Shown here: piece after piece, positions 58,406 through 64,000 of the stretch
How the letters are laid out: the number at the start of each line of letters is the position of its first letter
Position numbering within the stretch: the first letter of the stretch is position 1
From: an uncultured archaeon
GTDB lineage: Archaea; Thermoproteota; Bathyarchaeia; TCS64
Direction of reading: 5' to 3'
Assembly: GCA_938048735.1 (NCBI GenBank)
Contig: CALIUM010000007.1
Location: 60,786 to 124,785 of the forward strand
Length of the DNA: 64,000 nt
Program-made: the position numbers and the translations under genes
The notes under the pieces: model-generated
Database searches by the model: none
What the model was told of the DNA's origin: nothing
The model's input: the letters and a program-made list of their open reading frames with translations, nothing else

Positions 58406-58660
58406 TCATCTGGTTTCTATGATTATCTTCACGGGGAAATCCTTCACGAAAATGGATGCGGCTATGAAGAGGGCCACTATTATCACGGCTGTTAGGAGGG
58501 CCGGGCTCAGGAGGAATGGTGAGGGGTTGACGGGGATTATCTCCCCACCGACGGCGTACTCATCCCTAGGTGAGGGTTGTGCATAGGCCGTGAGGAATAT
58601 ACCAGTGGTGACAAGAATTGATAGAGTTGAAAACAGTATTAAATACTCTAACCTCTTCAT
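58406..58660 (-). CDS. Small exported or membrane-anchored protein with VGG motif
   Basis: Signal-like N-terminus ending AYA-Q, then AVGGEIIPVN, then a C-terminal TM helix. Confidence 0.65.
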   Translation of the reverse strand: MKRLEYLILFSTLSILVTTGIFLTAYAQPSPRDEYAVGGEIIPVNPSPFLLSPALLTAVIIVALFIAASIFVKDFPVKIIIETR

Positions 58661-58984
58661 CTCAACAGATTGTTAATTCAATAGATATATAAGTTTTACG
58701 ATATTTCAGGTTCATGGGCTGGCCCCAACCTCCATGATTCAGATGCACTGGCATGGGGGAATCTGGGTTATCAGCTCATGGTTTCTGGAGAGTGGGATCT
58801 CATCTATGCAAGCTTCTATGTCATTGCAGTAGAAATTAAACAGGATATTGGGGAGACTATGTGGATGGAAGACAGGTGAAGACGATCTTAACCCTTGAGC
58901 AGAAAATGATTTGAGTTCGAGTGGAGGAGGATCTTGAAATGGGATAGATTATTTGAGTACCTATGACAATTCTTTTGTTGGTGG

Positions 58985-59938
58985 ATGGATCTGGCTTCTT
59001 CTAGGGTTCTCGTTACCGGAGGGGCTGGCTTCATAGGGAGCCACCTCGTCGATGGGCTTCTGAGGGGTGGGTGGGAGGTAACCATCTTGGATGACTTCTC
59101 GACGGGCAGGTTGGAGAATTTGAAGGGCCAACTTGACGGTGGAGATCTCCGCATTGTAAGGGGCGACATCAGGGAGGCTTCCGCTGTGAGGGAGGCCCTC
59201 GACGGGGTTGGGGTTGTCCTCCACCTAGCAGCGGTGACCAGCGTCCCCTATTCAGTTGAGCATCCAGGTGAGACATATCGCGTGAATGTGGAGGGCACTA
59301 GAAGCCTTCTTGAGGGGTGCCTGAGGGGGACGGCTGAGAGGGTTATCTACATCTCTACATGCGCCGTATATGGGGAGCCCGAATACCTGCCCATAGATGA
59401 GGATCACCCAAAGAGGCCAGCATCCCCATATGCGGAGAGCAAGCTCGAGGCTGAGAGGCTCTGCAGGGAGTTCCAGGAATCCTATGGTCTGAGGACAACA
59501 GTTCTGAGGCTCTTCAATGTCTACGGGCCTAGGATGAGGGCTGACAGGTATGGGGGAGTTATATCAACCTTCCTACGGCGACTAAGGATGGGGGAGCCCC
59601 TAATCATATATGGGGATGGGGAGCAGACGAGGGACTTCATCCATGTGAGCGACGCCGTATGGGCGATGATGCTCACATTGAACAGAGATGACACCTCAGG
59701 AGAGACATTTAACATAGCCACGGGGATCCCGACATCCATAAACAGGCTCACAAACATCATGTGCGAGCTGTTCGGGATACAGGAGCCCAGGCTCGTATAC
59801 CTTGAGGCCAGGGCTGGAGAGCCCAGACACAGCTACGGCGACATCAGAAGGGCTAGGGAGCGGCTCGGATTCACGCCCAGGGTTAGCCTTAAGGAGGGGC
59901 TGCAACTCCTCCTTAGAGGCGGCGAAGGATCGAGTTAG
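58985..59938 (+). CDS. NAD-dependent epimerase/dehydratase (UDP-glucose 4-epimerase-like)
   Basis: VTGGAGFIGS, HLAA, SPYAESK (YxxxK), FNVYGP, GDGEQTRDF. Confidence 0.95.
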   Translation: MDLASSRVLVTGGAGFIGSHLVDGLLRGGWEVTILDDFSTGRLENLKGQLDGGDLRIVRGDIREASAVREALDGVGVVLHLAAVTSVPYSVEHPGETYRVNVEGTRSLLEGCLRGTAERVIYISTCAVYGEPEYLPIDEDHPKRPASPYAESKLEAERLCREFQESYGLRTTVLRLFNVYGPRMRADRYGGVISTFLRRLRMGEPLIIYGDGEQTRDFIHVSDAVWAMMLTLNRDDTSGETFNIATGIPTSINRLTNIMCELFGIQEPRLVYLEARAGEPRHSYGDIRRARERLGFTPRVSLKEGLQLLLRGGEGSS

Positions 59939-60178
59939 ATTCCGATGGGGCGAGGCGATATAGGTTGTTATATGGCTGAGGGATGGGCTGGAGATGAGCT
60001 AGTAGGAGCTTGCCATTCCTTACATAGAGTTAATCATTTAATAAAGGGTGAAGATTAATAAAAAGTTTCAATTTAGATTGAATCTTTGCACAATCCATTC
60101 TTCATCGCTTTGATTATCAAACATGATGGAGCTTAAACCTAAAAACTTATAAGGACATAATTTAAAAATCATTTTTAA

Positions 60179-60541
60179 ATGACTATGCTTACATCTGGTT
60201 TCCTTGTCCGTTGGAGGCGTAGGGCTATGAGGGCTGGGGTCTGGTTCAAGGCCTTAACCGCGGAGGAGAGGGGGATAATGATGCTCACCCCGATGGTCGT
60301 GAAGCGCGTGAAGAGCCCAGACCTTGCCAAGATTATCGTGGAGATCGTTAAGAAGATTAGGGATGCCCTTGATGGTGGGCTGGCTATGAGCCTAGCCTAT
60401 GCAATCTCGAGGTCCGTTAGAATAGCCTATTTCGCCGTGAGTTGGGGTTATAAGGAGGCTATCTCCTGGGCTTTGGATGATGGCTTTATCCGATACCTCA
60501 CCATCCTAAAACTTAACGCTCCTTCGGGGTGGGGGCTCTGA
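60179..60541 (+). CDS. Hypothetical basic helical protein
   Basis: Clean ORF, TGATG-coupled to the next gene. Confidence 0.7.
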   Translation: MTMLTSGFLVRWRRRAMRAGVWFKALTAEERGIMMLTPMVVKRVKSPDLAKIIVEIVKKIRDALDGGLAMSLAYAISRSVRIAYFAVSWGYKEAISWALDDGFIRYLTILKLNAPSGWGL

Positions 60542-60834
60542 TGGACGACAGAGTTATCGGCGCAGGTATACTTGTTGGGAGCATCCTGGGGATCTGCATA
60601 TACTTCTGGCTAGTATTCCTCTCCCCCTGGACTGTACTGGTCATACAGGTGTCAGCCTTCGCCGCTGTGGCTGCCCTCCTGGCCATAGTGGCTTGGATAG
60701 GATACACCCTAGCTACAACTCCTCCCCCAAAGCCCATAGAGGAGCTGGAGAAGGAGCTCGAGGGGCTTCAGGAGGAGACTGAGGGAGCAGAGGAGGCTAA
60801 AGAGGCCGAGGCTGAGAAAGGGGGAGAGGGCTGA
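60541..60834 (+). CDS. Two-TM membrane protein with acidic tail (DPM2/PIG-P-like by inspection)
   Basis: DRVIGAGILVGS...YFWLVF.P and WIGYTLATTPPPKP; ATG 60541. Confidence 0.8.
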   Translation: MDDRVIGAGILVGSILGICIYFWLVFLSPWTVLVIQVSAFAAVAALLAIVAWIGYTLATTPPPKPIEELEKELEGLQEETEGAEEAKEAEAEKGGEG

Positions 60835-60839
60835 AATCT

Positions 60840-61514
60840 TTGGAGCTCTCAGCCCTCAAGTTGACCGTCAAGGGAAGGGTTCAGAGGGTTGGCTACAGAA
60901 GGTATGCCTTAGACCTGGCCCAGGAACTCGGGTTGAAGGGTTATGTTAAAAATCTGCCTGAGGGATCCGTGGAGGTTCTAGTGCAGGGTGTGGAGGAATC
61001 CATCAAGGGGTTCATAGAGGCCTTGAAGAACCCCCCTCCCCCCGCTGTTATTCGAGAAATTTATGAGGAGAGGGTTGAGCCCAGCCCGGAGATAAAAGAG
61101 TTCAGAGTCTTATACGGCGAACCTGCCGAGGAGCTGCAGGAAGGCTTTGGAGCCATGCAGTCAATATTTCTAGACTACTGGAAGGAGTTCAAGAACTATA
61201 GAGAGGAGTTCAAGGATTTTAGGCAGGAATTCAGGGATTTTAGGCAAGAGTTTAGGGATTATAGGCAAGAATTCAGGGATTTTAGGCAGGAGTTCAGAGA
61301 TTATAGAGAGGAGTTTAAGGATTTTTCTGGAAGGACTGATGAGAGCTTTAAACTCCTATTTGAGAAGTATGGTGAGATCTCAGAGAAGCTTACGGTTATA
61401 TTGGAGACCCTTGTGAAGGAGTCCAAGGAGACACGGGAGCAGCTGGCTAAGGCTGTGGATAGGCTGGCTACGGCCGTTGAGGCCCTTAAGGGGTCCTTAA
61501 CCGCTGGGAAGTAG
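60840..61514 (+). CDS. acyP: Acylphosphatase fused to a heptad-repeat coiled coil
   Basis: V.GRVQRVGYR, GYVKNLPEGSVE; C-terminal EFRD(F/Y)RQ repeats. Confidence 0.9.
   Translation: MELSALKLTVKGRVQRVGYRRYALDLAQELGLKGYVKNLPEGSVEVLVQGVEESIKGFIEALKNPPPPAVIREIYEERVEPSPEIKEFRVLYGEPAEELQEGFGAMQSIFLDYWKEFKNYREEFKDFRQEFRDFRQEFRDYRQEFRDFRQEFRDYREEFKDFSGRTDESFKLLFEKYGEISEKLTVILETLVKESKETREQLAKAVDRLATAVEALKGSLTAGK
61185..61325 (+). repeat. 21-nt coding tandem repeat, about 6.7 copies
   Basis: GAGTTCAGGGATTTTAGGCAG-like units encoding EF(K/R)(D/N)(F/Y)R(Q/E). Confidence 0.92.
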
Positions 61515-61671
61515 AATTTTTGGAATATGTTGTATCAAGCTGGAGCCGGCTCCGAATAGTGTTTATAATAATTGGAACTGGGTGATCATCGGAAGAATCG
61601 CCCCTTCGATATCCTGATGGCTTTCTCAGCATCTGTGCTCGCTGTGAAAAGGGTGAAGGAGTCGAGATGAG

Positions 61672-62202
61672 TTGGAGCCTGTCATCCACTTCGCGGTTCC
61701 ATTATTCGCCTTGACGCTGGCCGGGGTTGAGCTTAAGAGGGCTCTACCCATCTCTCTTCTAGCCCTTATGCCTGACCTTGATGCCTTATTCCTGGTCCAC
61801 AGGTCCATCTCCCACTCCCTAATAGTGGTGTTCACCTCTGCGACCCCGTTCCTCCTGCTCGCCCACAGGCTTGGGCGTGGGCATCTCAGCACGGCCCTTC
61901 TGGGGCTGCTCTCAGTCTCCTCCCACCCGATCCTAGACCTCTTCAATGGCTATACACCTATCCTCTGGCCCCTATACGGCTACTCCCTATGGGTTAAGAT
62001 TGGGTTGACAGCCTATATAGGAGGCTCCCTAAACCTCCAATCGAGCATCCAGATACTGACCAAGCCCACCGAGTTCCAGCTCCTCCAAAGCCTGGATGCA
62101 CCCATCTTCACAGGGGAGAGCCTAATCGTCTCCGCTATACTGGTTGCATCCCTCCTGACAAGGGGCTTCATGAAGTTTCTGAGGCGCCTGCACAGGGCTT
62201 GA
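61672..62202 (+). CDS. Membrane-bound metal-dependent hydrolase (YdjM/DUF457-like)
   Basis: N-terminal His, PDLD, HRSISHS, SH.ILD, WP. Confidence 0.88.
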   Translation: MEPVIHFAVPLFALTLAGVELKRALPISLLALMPDLDALFLVHRSISHSLIVVFTSATPFLLLAHRLGRGHLSTALLGLLSVSSHPILDLFNGYTPILWPLYGYSLWVKIGLTAYIGGSLNLQSSIQILTKPTEFQLLQSLDAPIFTGESLIVSAILVASLLTRGFMKFLRRLHRA

Positions 62203-62301
62203 ACCATCCCCGTTAAACACGGGAGATAGACTTGACCTCTTCAGGAGCATTACGATGATGATTCCCTGCACCCTAATTAGAGTCTCAGAGGTGAGACAGC
62301 C

Positions 62302-62595
62302 CTGCTTGAGATAGAGGTTGTGGAGGTGAGGGGGTTCTGCCCTGTGCATAGGTTTGGGGATAGGGTGGTTATTGAGGGGCCTAGAATATTGTTGGAGAGG
62401 ACGGATGCGTTGTGTATTCACGCGTTGTCGGTGATATTGCATTATGCTGTCGCGTTGGATGAAGGCGCTGACCCAGTGAAGCTTGGATTGACAAAGCCGG
62501 AGGATAGAGATCATGCTTACCTGCAATGTGTGGATCCATGGAAACCCTATACTGAGGGTGGCACAGTGATATTCAGGGTGAAGAGGATAAAATAA
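62302..62595 (+). CDS. TIGR04076-like small Cys-rich protein, probable CTG start
   Basis: (L)LEIEVVEVRGFCPVH..GD, C.HAL, C.DP, GGTVIF; SD GAGGTGA before CTG 62302. Confidence 0.8.
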   Translation: MLEIEVVEVRGFCPVHRFGDRVVIEGPRILLERTDALCIHALSVILHYAVALDEGADPVKLGLTKPEDRDHAYLQCVDPWKPYTEGGTVIFRVKRIK

Positions 62596-62596
62596 A

Positions 62597-63685
62597 GTGA
62601 AGGTTGCAATAGTTTTAGGAACTAGACCAGAGATAATAAAGATGGCTCCAATAATAAGAGAGATGGAGAAAAAGAACATGGATTTCTTCATACTGCACAC
62701 GGGGCAACACTACACAAGCAACATGAACAGGGTGTTCTTCGAGCAGCTGAAGCTCCCGGAGCCGAGGTATAATCTAAATGTAGGCTCTGGGACGCACGCC
62801 GAGGAGACGGGGAGGATGCTGATGGGGGTGGAGGAGGTGCTCTTGGAGGAGAGGCCGGATGTCGTTCTTGTTGAGGGTGACACAAACTCCGTATTGGCAG
62901 GGGTGCTCGCAGCTGTTAAACTCATGATACCCGTTGGGCATGTCGAGGCGGGATTGAGGAGCCATGATAGGAGGATGCCGGAGGAGATAAACAGGATAAT
63001 AGCAGACCACACCTCAGACTACCTCTTCGCCCCCACGGAGAAGGCCAAAGAGAACCTTCTCGGGGAGGGAATAGGTTATGAGAGGATCTTTGTGACTGGG
63101 AATACGATAGTCGACGCTGTTTACCAGAACCTCCTACTCGCGGAGGATTGCGACGATATATTGGATGATCTGGGGTTGAAGGGGGGTGAATACCTCCTCG
63201 CCACGATTCATAGGCAGGAGAATGTGGACAGCAGGGCGAGGTTCAAGGGAATAATAGAGGGTTTGAGGCTAGTCCAAAATCACTTCAATATCCCATTAGT
63301 CTATCCGATACATCCCAGGGCGGAGAAGAGGCTGAAGGAATACGGCTTTGATGCGGAGGGCATAACCCTCATAGAGCCTACGGATTACCTAAGCTTCCTG
63401 AGGCTGGAGAGCAGGGCCAGGCTCATATTCACGGACTCCGGTGGGGTCCAGGAGGAGGCCTGCATACTGAGGGTTCCATGTGTCACCCTGAGATATAACA
63501 CCGAGAGGCCTGAGACTCTAGAGGTTGGGGCCAACATCCTTGCGGGGGCAGAGCCGGAGAGCATACTGGAGAAGGCTAGGTTGATGTTTGATGCTGACAG
63601 GTTCTGGCCAAACCCCTTCGGAGACGGGAGGGCTGCCGAGAGGATAATAGGGGTCATAGAAGAAAGGATGGGTTCAAGGAGGTGA
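62597..63685 (+). CDS. wecB: UDP-N-acetylglucosamine 2-epimerase (non-hydrolysing)
   Basis: GTRPEIIK, HTGQHY, EGDT, HVEAGLRS, PEEINR, TDSGG.QEE, TERPE, NPFGDG. Confidence 0.97.
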   Translation: MKVAIVLGTRPEIIKMAPIIREMEKKNMDFFILHTGQHYTSNMNRVFFEQLKLPEPRYNLNVGSGTHAEETGRMLMGVEEVLLEERPDVVLVEGDTNSVLAGVLAAVKLMIPVGHVEAGLRSHDRRMPEEINRIIADHTSDYLFAPTEKAKENLLGEGIGYERIFVTGNTIVDAVYQNLLLAEDCDDILDDLGLKGGEYLLATIHRQENVDSRARFKGIIEGLRLVQNHFNIPLVYPIHPRAEKRLKEYGFDAEGITLIEPTDYLSFLRLESRARLIFTDSGGVQEEACILRVPCVTLRYNTERPETLEVGANILAGAEPESILEKARLMFDADRFWPNPFGDGRAAERIIGVIEERMGSRR

Positions 63686-63691
63686 GGCGGC

Positions 63692-64000
63692 TTATCTAGG
63701 ATCCTGGTTACGGGTGGGCTTGGATTTATTGGATCGAACCTAGTCAGGGAGCTCAGGGGGAGGGGCCACGATGTCTGGCTCTGCGACCTGAGGCATTCAG
63801 AGGACCCCAAATCCTTGAGGTGTGATGTCAGCGTCTATAGGCAGGTTGAGAGGCTCTTCGAATCCAAAGACTTCGAGTATGTTTATCACGCCGCTGCGGA
63901 GTATGGCAGGTGGAACGGCGAAGACTACTACGAGAACCTATGGTTGACGAATGCTGTGGGGACGAAGAACATCATCCGCATGCAGGAGAGGAGGCGTTTC
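63692..64000 (+). CDS. NAD-dependent epimerase/dehydratase, 3' truncated by window edge; no canonical start before the GxxGxxG
   Basis: Manual translation (L)SRILVTGGLGFIGSNLV...VYHAAAEYGRWNGEDYYE.LW.TN.VGTKN; SD GGAGGTGA 6 nt before TTA 63692. Confidence 0.88.

Noticed and set aside
58700-58950. Moderately GC-rich spacer as ncRNA or small gene
   Set aside because: Only short ORFs and no convincing stems or C/D boxes
61185-61325. Tandem repeats as a possible CRISPR array
   Set aside because: Contiguous 21-nt in-frame coding units without spacers; no cas genes
61580-61627. Fluoride-riboswitch-like GGTGAT...ATCGCC...CTGATG
   Set aside because: Loop and pseudoknot residues do not fit the crcB consensus and there is no fluoride-related gene downstream; may be a coding remnant
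63683-63685. Selenocysteine at the wecB UGA (and pyrrolysine at the aIF2a UAG 1387)
   Set aside because: Both stops fall at normal family C-termini, not catalytic positions; no SECIS or sel/pyl genes seen
158-63810. Numerous antisense and alternate-frame ORFs in the track (e.g. 2568-3224, 46071-46616, 62122-62700)
   Set aside because: Ser/Pro/Leu-rich shadows of well-supported genes, expected from purine-rich codon bias
1-64000. tRNA, rRNA, transposase, integrase or provirus
   Set aside because: No cloverleaf/T-loop signatures, rRNA-like tracts, or recombinase/transposase motifs recognised by eye

Overview
Gene-dense archaeal chromosome segment, most consistent with a TACK archaeon, probably a thermophilic Bathyarchaeia. 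This is inferred from gene content (GINS-L44e-S27e-aIF2a-Nop10; aIF1A-RIO1-KH-TopoVI; TFB; PolB3-type polymerase; archaeal AsnA) and the heavy AGG/ATA codon use. Coding DNA is GC-rich while spacers are very AT-rich. I found no rRNA, tRNA, CRISPR array or transposase. Most notable: (1) a stand-alone A/V-type ATPase membrane module with a coiled-coil-expanded subunit I and an unusual ~6-TM proteolipid carrying a single Glu, downstream of CBS, AsnC-type and death-domain-like genes; (2) three otherwise intact genes that apparently must start at CTG/CTG/TTA behind strong Shine-Dalgarno motifs, two of them in frame with the upstream gene across one stop; (3) a PolB with all three proofreading motifs degenerate; (4) a LarA-UxaA/SuyAB-CinA operon; (5) an APH-kinase plus CysC-like kinase pair; (6) a DPM2/PIG-P-like membrane protein among glycosylation genes; (7) candidate structured RNAs, operator palindromes, heptad-repeat proteins and up to three pseudogenes. 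All family calls come from motif recognition by eye; no database searches were run.
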